Source of the DNA: a bacterium
GTDB taxonomy: Bacteria > UBA8248
Direction of reading: 5' to 3'
NCBI GenBank assembly: GCA_963692865.2
Contig: OY843592.1
Location: forward strand, 2,816,001-2,880,000
Length of the DNA: 64,000 nucleotides
The notes beneath the pieces were generated by a model that saw only the letters and a program-made list of their open reading frames with translations, was not told where the DNA came from and did not search any database. The translations under genes were made by a program, and so were the position numbers. Within the stretch, counting starts at the first letter, position 1. The number at the start of each line of letters is the position of its first letter. Below, piece after piece: positions 51,811 to 62,628 of this stretch.

Positions 51811-54044
51811 TCACGACGGACACGCTCGCCACGCGGGATATGGCCCTCGACCACGGCCTGTCCCCAGACGAATGGGAGAAGATCACGCGAACACTGGGTC
51901 GCAAACCCAACGTAACGGAGCTCGGCGCATTCTCCGCCATGTGGAACGAGCACTGTTCGTACAAAAGCAGCCGCATTCACCTGAAAAAATTTCCTACGCA
52001 AGGCCCCCACGTCCTGCAAGGACCCGGTGAAAACGCCGGCGTCGTCGATCTGGGCGATGGCATGGCCGTCGCCTTCAAAATGGAGAGTCACAACCACCCT
52101 TCTTTCATCGAACCCTACCAGGGCGCGGCCACCGGAGTGGGCGGCATTTTGAGGGACATCTTCACGATGGGCGCGCGGCCCATAGCGCTGCTCGACAGCC
52201 TGCGTTTCGGCGCCCCTGAACATCCCCGCACCCCTTATCTCGTCGGTGGCGTCGTAGGCGGCATCGCGGGCTATGGAAACTGCATCGGCGTTCCCACGGT
52301 GGGCGGAGAAACGAAATTTCACCCTTGCTACAACGGGAACATTCTGGTGAACGTCATGTGCGCGGGCGTCATGCGCTCAGACGCCATATTCCGCGGCACG
52401 GCTTCGGGCATCGGGAACCCGGTTATCTACGTCGGCGCGCCCACCGGGCGGGACGGTATCCACGGCGCGTCGATGGCGTCTGCGGGATTTGACGATTCCG
52501 CCCTTCAAAAGAGACCCACCGTTCAGGTCGGAGACCCGTTCCGGGAAAAACTGCTCCTCGAGGCGTGCCTGGAACTGATGAAGCGCGGCGCCGTGGTCGG
52601 CATTCAGGACATGGGCGCCGCCGGCCTCACTTCCTCTTCCGTCGAAATGGCGGGCCGGGCGGGCACGGGCCTCCTCTTGCGCCTGGATGCGGTTCCCTGC
52701 CGGGAAGAGGCGATGTCGCCTTATGAGATGATGCTCTCTGAAAGTCAGGAGAGAATGCTGCTGGTGGCGGAAAAAGGCAGAGAACCCGAGGTGCGGGAGA
52801 TATTCGAGCGCTGGGACCTGCCGATGTCCGTCGTGGGAGAAGTCACCGGAGACGGAAGACTTCGCGCAACTTTCGAAGGGGATGAAGTCGCCGATCTGCC
52901 CGTTTCCGCCCTGACGGACAATGCGCCGACCTATGATCGCCCCAGAGAGCCCGAACGCGGACTTCCACTCGACGATCCGCTGGAAAAACTGCCGGAGCCT
53001 GGAGACCTGGGTTCCACCCTGCTCAAGATGCTGGCCCACCCCAACCAGGGAGACAAGAAACCGATATGGCGTCAATACGACCATAAAGTTCGCACGAATA
53101 CGGTAAACTCTCCGGGCGCTGACGCCGCTATCATTCGTCTCAAGGGCACCAACAAGGCGCTGGCCCTCACGACGGACGGGAACGCGCGATACGGCATGCT
53201 CGATCCCTACAAGGGAGGGATGCTCGCCGTGGCGGAAGCCGCGCGAAACATCTGCTGCGCGGGCGCAAGGCCGCTTGCTATCACGAATTGCCTGAACTTC
53301 GGCAATCCGGAGCGTCCCGCCGTCATGGCTCAATTTTCTCTTTCGATCGAGGGCATGGCCCAAGCCTGCCGAGCTCTGGACCTCCCCGTGGTGAGCGGGA
53401 ACGTGAGCTTCTACAACGAAACGCACCAAGTGGACATCTACCCTACCCCGATCATCGGTATGGTCGGCCTTCTCGACGACGTGCAAAAAAGAGCGGGTCA
53501 TGGCTTCGCAGTTGAGAATGACGCCATCGCCCTGATTCATCCCAAAGACGAAGCTCCATTGCCGGAAAGATCGGCCCATGAGTACGTGTGGGTGGAAACC
53601 GGTCAGGAAGGAGGCGATGCGCCTGCGATATCGCTGGATGCGGAACGGGCCGCGCAAACAGCGTGCAGGCGTGGCATCGAACTGTGTCTTGTGCGTTCAG
53701 CCCACGATCTTTCCGAAGGCGGGCTGGGAATCGCATTGGCGGAATCCGCGCTCGCGTCGCCGAAAAGCAGGCTTGGAGCCGAAGTGGCGCTTCCCGAATT
53801 GGAAGGCAGGCCCGACGGCTTGCTATACGGCGAGGCCGCTTCTCGCATTCTGGTGAGCGCGTCTGCGGATGCAATGGACGCGCTGCATGAGGTCGCACAA
53901 AGCTGCGGAGCAAAGCTAACGCGAATCGGTCGCGTTCAGGAGGGTGCTTTCTCCGTCAAAACGGCGGATAATGCGCCCCTCATTAATCTGACCATGCCGG
54001 AAATCGTGGCGGCATGGTCGGGCGCCCTCTCCGAGGTAATGTGA
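51807..54044 (+). CDS. purL: FGAM synthase subunit PurL
   Basis: [33 protein letters not shown]. Confidence 0.97.
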   Translation: MITTDTLATRDMALDHGLSPDEWEKITRTLGRKPNVTELGAFSAMWNEHCSYKSSRIHLKKFPTQGPHVLQGPGENAGVVDLGDGMAVAFKMESHNHPSFIEPYQGAATGVGGILRDIFTMGARPIALLDSLRFGAPEHPRTPYLVGGVVGGIAGYGNCIGVPTVGGETKFHPCYNGNILVNVMCAGVMRSDAIFRGTASGIGNPVIYVGAPTGRDGIHGASMASAGFDDSALQKRPTVQVGDPFREKLLLEACLELMKRGAVVGIQDMGAAGLTSSSVEMAGRAGTGLLLRLDAVPCREEAMSPYEMMLSESQERMLLVAEKGREPEVREIFERWDLPMSVVGEVTGDGRLRATFEGDEVADLPVSALTDNAPTYDRPREPERGLPLDDPLEKLPEPGDLGSTLLKMLAHPNQGDKKPIWRQYDHKVRTNTVNSPGADAAIIRLKGTNKALALTTDGNARYGMLDPYKGGMLAVAEAARNICCAGARPLAITNCLNFGNPERPAVMAQFSLSIEGMAQACRALDLPVVSGNVSFYNETHQVDIYPTPIIGMVGLLDDVQKRAGHGFAVENDAIALIHPKDEAPLPERSAHEYVWVETGQEGGDAPAISLDAERAAQTACRRGIELCLVRSAHDLSEGGLGIALAESALASPKSRLGAEVALPELEGRPDGLLYGEAASRILVSASADAMDALHEVAQSCGAKLTRIGRVQEGAFSVKTADNAPLINLTMPEIVAAWSGALSEVM

Positions 54045-54045
54045 G

Positions 54046-55494
54046 ATGTCCGCCTGGATCGATGATCACCCGAAGGAGGAATGCGGCGTTTTTGGGATAT
54101 ACAACCATCCCGAAGCGGCCAACATGGCCTACCTGGGGCTCTACGCTCTTCAGCACAGAGGACAGGAGAGCGCCGGCATCGTGGCTTCCAATGGAGAGAG
54201 GGTGCACAGCGAGGTCGGCATGGGCCTCGTCGCCGATGTTTTCACGGAAGAGCGCATCGCCAAACTCCAGGGCCACATCGCAATCGGACACAACCGCTAC
54301 TCCACCGCAGGACAATCCGACATCAAGAACGCCCAACCGTTCCTGGTAAACTACGCAAAAGGAACGCTCGCACTCGGACACAATGGAAACCTCGTAAACG
54401 GCGGCGCTTTGCGAGAGGAACTGGAAGAGAACGGCTCCATTTTCCGCAGCACGACGGACAGCGAGGTCATCTTGCACCTCATCGCCAAGTCCAATGAAAA
54501 AACCACCGAGGGCGCCATCATCGAGGCCATCCAATGCCTGGAAGGCGCTTATTCGCTTACGATGATGACAGAGGAAAAACTGATCGGCATTCGGGACCCG
54601 CTTGGCTTCCGCCCTTTGGTTTTGGGCAAACTCCGAGCCGGTCAGGACGGGAGCGATTCCTGGGTTTTGGCGAGCGAAACCTGTGCGCTCGATCTGATTG
54701 ACGCCGGATACGTGCGCGAAGTGGAACCCGGCGAGATGGTCGTGATCGACCAAGACGGGGTAAGGAGCATCACCCATTCTCCATCCACTCAACACCAACA
54801 ATGTATTTTCGAGTTCATCTATTTCGCCCGACCGGACAGCTTGATTTTCGGTAAAAACGCCTATGCCGTCAGACGCAAACTAGGCGCCCGCCTCGCAGAG
54901 GAGGATGACGTGGAGGCGGACATCGTTACGCCTGTTCCGGACTCGGGCCTGTCCGCCGCGCTCGGATACGCAGACGCCTCCGGTCTGCCGCTGGAGTGGG
55001 GTCTGATACGCAATCACTATGTGGGTCGCACGTTCATCGAACCGGAGCAGTCCATTCGAAATTTCGGCGTCAAACTGAAATTGAACCCCATGAAAGAGTT
55101 TCTGGCGGACAAGCGGGTCGTGGTGGTGGACGACTCCCTCGTCAGGGGCACGACGAGCCAAAAAATCGTCGAACTCATCAGGAGAGCGGGCGCAAAAGAA
55201 GTTCACATGCGCATCAGTTCTCCTCCCATCACCCATCCGTGTTTTTTCGGCATCGACATGCCTACCCTCGCCGAACTCAAGGCTTCATCGAACAGCGTCG
55301 AGGAAATCAGGCAATTCCTGAAGGCGGACAGTCTTCGATATCTATCTACCGAGGGCCTGCTCCACTGCACACACCCGAATGAAGATGCGTTTTGCACGGC
55401 TTGTTTTTCTGGAAATTATCCGATTTCCGTCGAGGAAATCGACTATCAACTCTCCCTTTTCCGGGATTCGCGAACCTCCGAGCACCGCGCATGA
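54046..55494 (+). CDS. purF: Amidophosphoribosyltransferase
   Basis: EECGVFG, LQHRGQESAG, VDDSLVRGTTS, CTACF. Confidence 0.97.
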   Translation: MSAWIDDHPKEECGVFGIYNHPEAANMAYLGLYALQHRGQESAGIVASNGERVHSEVGMGLVADVFTEERIAKLQGHIAIGHNRYSTAGQSDIKNAQPFLVNYAKGTLALGHNGNLVNGGALREELEENGSIFRSTTDSEVILHLIAKSNEKTTEGAIIEAIQCLEGAYSLTMMTEEKLIGIRDPLGFRPLVLGKLRAGQDGSDSWVLASETCALDLIDAGYVREVEPGEMVVIDQDGVRSITHSPSTQHQQCIFEFIYFARPDSLIFGKNAYAVRRKLGARLAEEDDVEADIVTPVPDSGLSAALGYADASGLPLEWGLIRNHYVGRTFIEPEQSIRNFGVKLKLNPMKEFLADKRVVVVDDSLVRGTTSQKIVELIRRAGAKEVHMRISSPPITHPCFFGIDMPTLAELKASSNSVEEIRQFLKADSLRYLSTEGLLHCTHPNEDAFCTACFSGNYPISVEEIDYQLSLFRDSRTSEHRA

Positions 55495-55604
55495 TGAATT
55501 TGACCGATCGCATCGGTGGTTGTTATCCTTCCCTCGTATTTACGGTTGTTTTCACGCATTTTTAGAATCTTCCTAAAAAACTTGGAAATCAGGGAGAGGG
55601 TATC

Positions 55605-57356
55605 TTGTCAATAAAACAAAGATGTTTTCTCCTCATCTGCATGTTCGCGGCGGGCTGCAGCACTACGCCAGTCGTCGATAACAAGGCCCAGCCGAACAAA
55701 TTTGCAGGCGATACCGCGCGCGCGCAAAATCCGCCTGGAAAAACCGTCTTTCTCGACTCCTCAATGCCAAAGCGTCCTCCGCTCAAACAAGCTGAAACCT
55801 CTCAGATAAAACCACCCAAGGCCTCAGCACCCATACAGTCCATAGAGAGCGAAGCGGATAAAGTCGCTAAGCGACCAGATTATGTAAATTCAATGGACGA
55901 GAAAGCGGATAAAAACGCTGAGCCCTCCCCACACGACATCAACCTGCCGGTGCCGGAGACCGAAGAACTCCTCAAGCCTCCACCAACCCCGGAAGCCAAG
56001 AAACCCAAGGCTTTTTTGTATGACGTCCCCGTCGTTCGCAACGCCATCGTGAACAGGTGGCTTGAGTATTTTACGGGTCCCGGACGCGCCAGTTTTTCCG
56101 TCTGGCTGGGCAGGGGGGGACGCTATATCAATTTATTCCGTAAAATTCTCAAGGAACACCAACTACCGCAAGATTTGGCGTATCTCTCTTTGATCGAAAG
56201 TGGATTCAACCCGAAGGCCCGCTCCAGAGCCGGTGCGGTCGGTCCCTGGCAGTTCATGCCGGGCACCGCGAGGCGAATGGGCCTGAAAATCAATTATTAC
56301 CTGGACGAGCGTCGCCACCCGATGAAATCCACCCGCGCAGCTTCGGCCTACCTATCGAAACTTTACGAGGAATTCGGCGACTGGCATCTCGCGCTCGCCG
56401 CATATAACGCGGGAGAACGCCGCATCGCCAGGGCCATTCGCAGATCAAAGCGAAAAGACTACTGGTCACTCGCCAGAACGAGATACCTGCCCAACGAAAC
56501 CCGCAACTACGTCGCCAAGTACCTGGCAGGGATGATAATCGCCAAAAACCCGGAAGTTTTCGGTTTCGTAGGCATCGATTATGAAAACTCCTGGAATTAT
56601 AAATCCGTCAAACTTGTTCATGGCACCAGCTTGAGAGCGATTTCCCGTATTTCGAACGTCTCCCTACGAACTTTGAGGGAAATCAATGCGGAGTTGAGAA
56701 CTTCCGTCACGCCCCCGGGCAATGGATATCATCTTTTTCTCCCGGATGAAAAAGCGAAGAAATTTGCCGCGAAACTGGCGAAACTGACCGAGAAATATCT
56801 CGCATCTCCCAACGGTTACCGCATACAGCCCGGCGATACTTTCGGCGCCATCGCGCAAAGATTCGGAGTCCCGTTAGACAAGATACTCGAACTGAACACC
56901 CATCTCCATCCCAGAAGACTTCAAGTGGGCGCCAAAGTTCTTCTGCCCAAATCGCCAAAAAGGCTTAAAGCGGCTCTGCAAAATGCCGCACCGGCAAACG
57001 GGAACGCCCCCGCGCCGAAGCTGCACGTCGTGCGACGAGGCGAAAACTTTTGGCTGATCGCGCGAAAATACGGCATCCCCACCCAGGAACTCGTGCGCCT
57101 CAATACCGGTCTCGACCCGAAGCTTCTGCGCATCGGTATGAGAATTCGCCTCCCTTCCCCCAAACGCCCTGTAAAGGTCGAAAAGAGCAAGAAGCAAAAA
57201 CCAGATAGGCCATTGCACCACCTCGTCGGTCCGGGAGAGAGCGTCTGGCTCATCGCCAAGCGATACGGAATTTCAACAAAATCTCTCCTTGCCTGGAACC
57301 GGCTGAGCGCATCGGGCAAAATTTTTCCCGGAGAAAAGCTCATCGTTCGCCGCTAG
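55605..57356 (+). CDS. mltD: Membrane-bound lytic transglycosylase with LysM repeats
   Basis: Lipobox AAGC, LIESGF, GPWQFM, AAYNAG, ETRNYV; three clear LysM domains. Confidence 0.88.
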   Translation: MSIKQRCFLLICMFAAGCSTTPVVDNKAQPNKFAGDTARAQNPPGKTVFLDSSMPKRPPLKQAETSQIKPPKASAPIQSIESEADKVAKRPDYVNSMDEKADKNAEPSPHDINLPVPETEELLKPPPTPEAKKPKAFLYDVPVVRNAIVNRWLEYFTGPGRASFSVWLGRGGRYINLFRKILKEHQLPQDLAYLSLIESGFNPKARSRAGAVGPWQFMPGTARRMGLKINYYLDERRHPMKSTRAASAYLSKLYEEFGDWHLALAAYNAGERRIARAIRRSKRKDYWSLARTRYLPNETRNYVAKYLAGMIIAKNPEVFGFVGIDYENSWNYKSVKLVHGTSLRAISRISNVSLRTLREINAELRTSVTPPGNGYHLFLPDEKAKKFAAKLAKLTEKYLASPNGYRIQPGDTFGAIAQRFGVPLDKILELNTHLHPRRLQVGAKVLLPKSPKRLKAALQNAAPANGNAPAPKLHVVRRGENFWLIARKYGIPTQELVRLNTGLDPKLLRIGMRIRLPSPKRPVKVEKSKKQKPDRPLHHLVGPGESVWLIAKRYGISTKSLLAWNRLSASGKIFPGEKLIVRR

Positions 57357-57369
57357 AATCAAAGGTTTC

Positions 57370-57399
57370 TTGACACCTGCTTTGATGCTCTCCTAAGAT
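57370..57399 (+). promoter_or_regulatory. Putative sigma70 promoter of bamD
   Basis: TTGACA-N18-TAAGAT. Confidence 0.45.
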
Positions 57400-57452
57400 T
57401 CAGAGTGATCTGAAGTTACGCGTCCATATTTCTACTTTCGATAGAGAAAAAT

Positions 57453-58226
57453 ATGTTCAACCGCGCTGCACACGACGTCATGACCGTTTTTTTCTCATCG
57501 CTTTGCGTGCTCCTGATCCTGGGAGGGTGCGTCTCGCGTCCGAAACAGCAGGCATCACCCGGGGAATTGCTCGTCATCGGAGAGGAGGATTTACGAGCCG
57601 AGCGCTTCGAGGCGGCGCGCCTTGCGTTCAAGCGTCTGCTGGAGGAACATCCCGACAGCAAACACCGCCGAAGCGCGTTGTTGCGTCTGGGAGATTCATA
57701 CTACCATGAGGAAGAATACATCGAATCGAAGTTGCAATACACTGAGTACGTCCGCCTCTATCCCGTAAGCGCCGGAACGCCGAAAGCGTATTATTTCCTC
57801 GCCATGAGCGATTATCAGAGAAATCTCGCCATCGACCAGGACGCATCCGTTGCGAGAGACGCGCTCAAGAATTTTCAAACTCTCGTGCGCCGTTTTCCCG
57901 GCTCGCAATACACGGCGGATGCAAAACAGAAGATATCGGAGTTAAGGGAACATCTCGCCAAAAACGCTCTGTTTATCGCGAACTTTTACTTAAGGACAAA
58001 CCTGCGGGTCTCCGCGATTCCGCGCTACAAAGAAATTATTCGAGATTTTGGAGACGTTCCCCATGTTCGCGCCGAAGCCATGTATAAACTGGGGGAAAGC
58101 TACAGAATAGAGCAGAGTTTCAAGAAAGCAGGAGAAGCCTATCGTTCACTTTTGGAGTCGTATCCCGATGACCGGTTCGCTTCACCCGCATATGGCAGGC
58201 TCCTCGCGTTGACAGGTGAAAAATGA
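57453..58226 (+). CDS. bamD: Outer membrane protein assembly factor BamD
   Basis: Lipobox LGGC, TPRs, DQD..RDALKNFQTLVRRFPGSQY, IANFY. Confidence 0.85.
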   Translation: MFNRAAHDVMTVFFSSLCVLLILGGCVSRPKQQASPGELLVIGEEDLRAERFEAARLAFKRLLEEHPDSKHRRSALLRLGDSYYHEEEYIESKLQYTEYVRLYPVSAGTPKAYYFLAMSDYQRNLAIDQDASVARDALKNFQTLVRRFPGSQYTADAKQKISELREHLAKNALFIANFYLRTNLRVSAIPRYKEIIRDFGDVPHVRAEAMYKLGESYRIEQSFKKAGEAYRSLLESYPDDRFASPAYGRLLALTGEK

Positions 58227-58279
58227 CGCACCGGCCCATTTCGTGCCCAAACAACCTAGCCGCATGCGAGTAACTTTAG

Positions 58280-59269
58280 ATGACCGAGCCGAACGAAGGC
58301 GACCCAAAAGACAGAAATTCACCTGCCGGGAGCGGCGAGATTCCCGATACGAAAGAGACGGATTCCTACTCAACAAACGAAACAGACGATGCGCCCGCGT
58401 TTTCCGATTCACGGGATGATTCCGATGGGGACGCGCCGGACTCTCCCGCAGCGGATACACTGTCCCTCTATCTGAGAGACATCGGCGCCCACCCCGTTCT
58501 CACGCGCGACGAAGAGCACGCGATGGCCCTTGCGGCAAGAGAGGGGGATGAAGACGCATTCAACAAACTCGTTCGTTCGAATTTAAGATACGTCGTCAGC
58601 GTGGCGAATCGCTACAAGAACTTCGGGCTTTCACTCGAAGACTTGATAAATGAGGGGAACATCGGGTTGATCAATGCGATCAAACGCTTCGATCCGCAAC
58701 GCGGCGTAAAACTCATTACCTATGCCGTATGGTGGATTCGCCAAAGCATCATGCACGCTCTGGCGGACCAGAGGAGCACCGTCAGGCTGCCCGTCAAACA
58801 GGCCGGTCTTCTCCATAAAATCTCCATCACCTACGAGAAACTCCGGCAGGAATTCGGGCGCGAACCCGAGACGTCCGAGTTGTCCGAGCGATTGGACATG
58901 AAAGTGGCGGATATCGAAAAACTCATACGCATGAATCGGAATTATCTTTCTCTCGACGCCGCCGTTTCTCCCGACGACGACACCAGTTACCTCGATTTGC
59001 TCGAAGAACAAAGCGCCGTATCCGTGGAGGAAAACGTGGTGCAGCACTCTCTGGAAGAGGAGGTGGAGGACTTGCTCGCAGAGCTCGACCCCAGAGAGCG
59101 CGACATTATTCGCATGCGCTATGGCTTCGACGGAGAGGCGATGACACTCGAAGAAATCGGGAGCAAACTCGGGCTGTCGCGCGAAAGAATCAGACAAATA
59201 GAAAAAAAAGTAATCAGCCGTTTTCGCGCGGAAGCCAGCCACCAGATGCTTCATGATTTTTTGAGTTGA
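58280..59269 (+). CDS. Alternative sigma70-family factor (regions 1.2-4, no region 1.1)
   Basis: LYLRDI, SNLRYVVSVA, DLINEGNIGL, TYAVWWIRQSI, TLEEIG..LSRERIRQIE. Confidence 0.9.
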   Translation: MTEPNEGDPKDRNSPAGSGEIPDTKETDSYSTNETDDAPAFSDSRDDSDGDAPDSPAADTLSLYLRDIGAHPVLTRDEEHAMALAAREGDEDAFNKLVRSNLRYVVSVANRYKNFGLSLEDLINEGNIGLINAIKRFDPQRGVKLITYAVWWIRQSIMHALADQRSTVRLPVKQAGLLHKISITYEKLRQEFGREPETSELSERLDMKVADIEKLIRMNRNYLSLDAAVSPDDDTSYLDLLEEQSAVSVEENVVQHSLEEEVEDLLAELDPRERDIIRMRYGFDGEAMTLEEIGSKLGLSRERIRQIEKKVISRFRAEASHQMLHDFLS

Positions 59270-59271
59270 CG

Positions 59272-59880
59272 ATGTCCGAGGCGAATCCACAAAAATCCGA
59301 CGCTTCTCCCGCAGGCTGGCGAGAAGCGGCCTCTCGCCTCATTGCGAGTGGAACCGGAGAAAAATTCACGCTCGCAAACAGCCTCACGCTCGCCCGCATC
59401 TTGATGGTTCCATTGCTCGTCATGTTCCTGCTGCAAGGCTCGCCCCCCGCGCAATACTTCGCGGCCGGTCTTTTCGTCATGGCGGCCTTTACGGATTGGC
59501 TCGACGGGCACCTGGCCAGAACGCGCGACCAGATAACCCCTCTTGGCGAGATTCTCGACCCCGTCGCCGACAAGCTGCTCATACTCGCCGCCTTGATTCC
59601 CCTGGTATCGCTCGGAAAAGTGGACGCATGGGTCGTGGGCATACTGCTGGGCCGGGAACTTCTGGTGACGGCCTTTCGCGCCGTGGCGATACGCCAAGGT
59701 CTGGTGGTACCGGCGGGCTTTCTCGGCAAAATCAAGATGGGCCTGGAGGTCGCCGCGATTTTTTTCCTCATCCTGGGCATTTTCCCGCCGCTGGGCACCA
59801 TTTTGATCTGGGGCGCCATGATAGCTGCGGTTATCTCCGCCGTTGATTATTTTCGCCAAATCGTTCGAGCCATCTCTTGA
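59272..59880 (+). CDS. pgsA: Phosphatidylglycerophosphate synthase
   Basis: ANSLTLAR, TDWLDGHLAR...LGEILDPVADK. Confidence 0.93.
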   Translation: MSEANPQKSDASPAGWREAASRLIASGTGEKFTLANSLTLARILMVPLLVMFLLQGSPPAQYFAAGLFVMAAFTDWLDGHLARTRDQITPLGEILDPVADKLLILAALIPLVSLGKVDAWVVGILLGRELLVTAFRAVAIRQGLVVPAGFLGKIKMGLEVAAIFFLILGIFPPLGTILIWGAMIAAVISAVDYFRQIVRAIS

Positions 59881-60485
59881 TGGGCGCTTTTTTTCTCGTC
59901 ATCCTGATCGGCGGCTTTCTGGGCGCCATTCCCTTCGGGGTGCTGATCACCCGGTTGTTCGGCGCCGAGGATCCGCGCGAATCGGGAAGCGGCAACATCG
60001 GTGCGACGAACGTCTTGAGAACGAGTGGCTGGAAAAGCGGGGTGCTGACCCTTTTGCTCGACGTGTTCAAGGGCGTTGCGGCCATTCTCTTCGCCCGCTA
60101 TGTGGCCTCTCTTGTATCCGCTCCCGCCCTGGAGCCGGTCGCCGCCCTTGCGGCGGTGCTCGGGCACATGTATTCGCCGTTCACGGGGTTTCGCGGGGGC
60201 AAGGGCGTGGCCACCGGACTTGGCGTTTTCGCTCTCCTGACCCCGGGTCCAACGGCCCTCGCAACACTCGTTTTCATTTCCGTGGTGGCCGCGACGCGGT
60301 ACGTCTCCCTCGGCTCCATGCTCGCGGCGGCGACGGTGCCGCTGGCGGGTTTTTGGCTGAACTACTCCACCGTGGTATACGCCCTGTCCGGCTTGATCTC
60401 CCTGTTCGTCATCTGGAAACATCAAGACAACATCGGACGGTTAATGCGCGGGGAGGAGAACCGCATCGGGCGGAAGAAGGGCTGA
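59880..60485 (+). CDS. plsY: Glycerol-3-phosphate acyltransferase
   Basis: GSGNIGATN, FRGGKGVAT, HQDNIGRL. Confidence 0.96.
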   Translation: MGAFFLVILIGGFLGAIPFGVLITRLFGAEDPRESGSGNIGATNVLRTSGWKSGVLTLLLDVFKGVAAILFARYVASLVSAPALEPVAALAAVLGHMYSPFTGFRGGKGVATGLGVFALLTPGPTALATLVFISVVAATRYVSLGSMLAAATVPLAGFWLNYSTVVYALSGLISLFVIWKHQDNIGRLMRGEENRIGRKKG

Positions 60486-60555
60486 GGTCTCTTTCATGAC
60501 GACAGAATATCCGATGCCCCGGGTTCGTCCATTTTCCTGAACCATTGGAGAGACA

Positions 60556-60921
60556 ATGCTCACGGGTTGTTCCCCGGTTTTTCTCCTCGTCATCCTGGGT
60601 GTAGGAGTCGGGAGCTGGATCTTTGGCAATCACACCGCCGCGAGAATCACCGGACTTTTGGCGATCACCGTTTTTCTCTCCTATTTCGCCCTCTTGAACT
60701 GGACGGCGCAAAACCGCCAGAAACAAGGGTCAGACGCCCCGCAGGAAAAGGACTTGTACCAGGAAATCACCGGCCCGCACGACGACGGTACGCGCAGGGA
60801 GCCATTCACCGAAGACGACCGGGCGGAGTGGCGGAACTACCTGAAATCGGAAGGAAAGATCCTCTGGTTCGGAGTCGCGGGACTTCTCCTGGCGCTGCTC
60901 TATCTAACATTGAAAAACTGA
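60556..60921 (+). CDS. Hypothetical membrane protein (3 TM)
   Basis: GGAG RBS, three hydrophobic segments, fills the intergenic gap. Confidence 0.55.
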   Translation: MLTGCSPVFLLVILGVGVGSWIFGNHTAARITGLLAITVFLSYFALLNWTAQNRQKQGSDAPQEKDLYQEITGPHDDGTRREPFTEDDRAEWRNYLKSEGKILWFGVAGLLLALLYLTLKN

Positions 60922-60953
60922 ATTCTCGACCAGAATGGATACATTGCGGGGTT

Positions 60954-62060
60954 CTATTCGAAAAATCGAATGACCGTCTCCGCCACAAAATCGAGATCAT
61001 CATCCGTGAGCTCGGGATAGACGGGAAGCGATAATACCTGGGCGGCTGCGGCCTCGCTCTCTGGAAAATCCCCCCGTTGATACCCAGCGAAGCAAGGATG
61101 AAGATGCAGGGGCGAAGGATAATATACGCCGCAACCAACGCCATTTCGAGACAAATATTCCTGCAGTTTGTCCCTCTCGGGTGTCCGAACCGCGTATTGA
61201 TGAAACACATGCCCCACGGCGGGAATCAAGGGCGGGATGAACCGCTCCCCAACGATGCCGCCGGCCTTGAATCTCGCTCCATATTTCAGGGCGTTTTGTC
61301 GTCTCTTCGCGTTCCACTCATCCAGGCGCTTCAGTTTGACGGACAAGAACGCCGCCTGCATCGTATCCATCCTGAAATTTCCGCCTACTTCCAGATATTC
61401 GGAATTATCGGGCGAGCCGTGAATCCTGAGCCTTCGCATGCGCTCGGCCAGAGCGTCGTCTTTGGCCAGGACCATGCCGGCGTCCCCAAGCGCGCTGAGG
61501 TTTTTGGTTGGGTAAAACGACAGGCAACCCGCATCCCCCAAGGCGCCGGCCGCACCCAGGCTCGTCCGAGCACCGACGGCCTGGGCGGCGTCTTCCACCA
61601 AGAAGAGCCCGCGGCGTTCGACGATTTCGAGAATCTCCGCCATCGGCGCGCAGCGGCCGTACATATGAACGGGAATGATCCCTCTCGTATTCGGTGTGAC
61701 GGCTTCTTCAACCCGCCCCGGATCGAGATTGAACGTGTCGGGCTCAATATCCACGAACACCGGCTTCGCGCCCAGGCGATGAATGACGCCCGCTGTGGCG
61801 AAAAACGTGAACGCCGAAGTAATAACCTCATCTCCCGGCCTCACGTCGTTCGCCATCAACGCCAACAGCAGAGCGTCCGTACCGGATGAAACGGCGATGG
61901 CATGCTCCGCGCCGCACCAGGCCGCCATCTCGGATTCGAACAGGCCTATCTCCTCGCCCATGACGAACCTCTGGTGGTTCATCACTCTTTCGACCGCCGC
62001 CAGCATCTGCGCTTTGAGCGATCCGTTTTGGGCTTCCAAATCATAAAGGGGTATGCGCAT
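60954..62060 (-). CDS. DegT/DnrJ/EryC1/StrS sugar aminotransferase
   Basis: SSGTDAL, EDAAQA, SFYPTKNL, LSLPVYP. Confidence 0.93.
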   Translation of the reverse strand: MRIPLYDLEAQNGSLKAQMLAAVERVMNHQRFVMGEEIGLFESEMAAWCGAEHAIAVSSGTDALLLALMANDVRPGDEVITSAFTFFATAGVIHRLGAKPVFVDIEPDTFNLDPGRVEEAVTPNTRGIIPVHMYGRCAPMAEILEIVERRGLFLVEDAAQAVGARTSLGAAGALGDAGCLSFYPTKNLSALGDAGMVLAKDDALAERMRRLRIHGSPDNSEYLEVGGNFRMDTMQAAFLSVKLKRLDEWNAKRRQNALKYGARFKAGGIVGERFIPPLIPAVGHVFHQYAVRTPERDKLQEYLSRNGVGCGVYYPSPLHLHPCFAGYQRGDFPESEAAAAQVLSLPVYPELTDDDLDFVAETVIRFFE

Positions 62061-62106
62061 GGAGACTTTCTGGCCTTATCGGGGATCCCTCGAGGAAAGT
62101 CCAAAT

Positions 62107-62193
62107 TGGTGCCGGAGGCCGGACTCGAACCGGCAAGGGGTTTCCCCCGGTGGATTTTGAGTCCACTGCGTCTACCAATTCCGCCACTCCGGC
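62107..62193 (-). tRNA. tRNA-Leu (anticodon CAA)
   Basis: GCCGGAG acceptor stem, GTGGA-CTCAAAA-TCCAC anticodon arm, long variable arm, GGTTCGAGTCC, encoded CCA. Confidence 0.97.
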
Positions 62194-62269
62194 AGAAAGA
62201 GGATGTAACTTAGCCTCTACTCACGCCTTCTGGCAAGATGCGTCCCGCATTTTCGCCCCCATGCGGGAT

Positions 62270-62506
62270 TCATCCTTCAAATTCCGCCCAGCTCGACGGC
62301 GAAACCTCCTGCGCGTCCATTCGCCAGGAGATGGAATCCTCACACTCGGGGCACAAAACGATAAAGCGCCCCTCCGGTTCTTCCTCCATCTCGTCCCGGA
62401 ACACCTTGAGGCAGTTGCGGCAATACGCCCGGCTGCAGGCGGCGCACGCATTGGGGCGCGCATGGCGGAATCGCAAGCCGCATGCGGGACACTCATGGGT
62501 CTCCAT
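62270..62506 (-). CDS. Small Cys8 zinc-finger protein
   Basis: AAAGGA RBS; CPAC, CAAC, CRNC, CPEC. Confidence 0.7.
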   Translation of the reverse strand: METHECPACGLRFRHARPNACAACSRAYCRNCLKVFRDEMEEEPEGRFIVLCPECEDSISWRMDAQEVSPSSWAEFEG

Positions 62507-62628
62507 GCTTTTCCTTTCAGCGCCGGAAAAAGTCCGCATTCATGGCGGCGGCTTCGAATCTTTGCTACATTTTCCCGAATCCGAAACCGTCAAACTTCTC
62601 GCACATTTATCGGAAGGACGAATATACC

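Noticed and set aside
62090-62130. tRNA-Leu 3' end as the attachment site of an island
   Set aside because: No integrase and no duplicated tRNA 3' fragment noticed in the window
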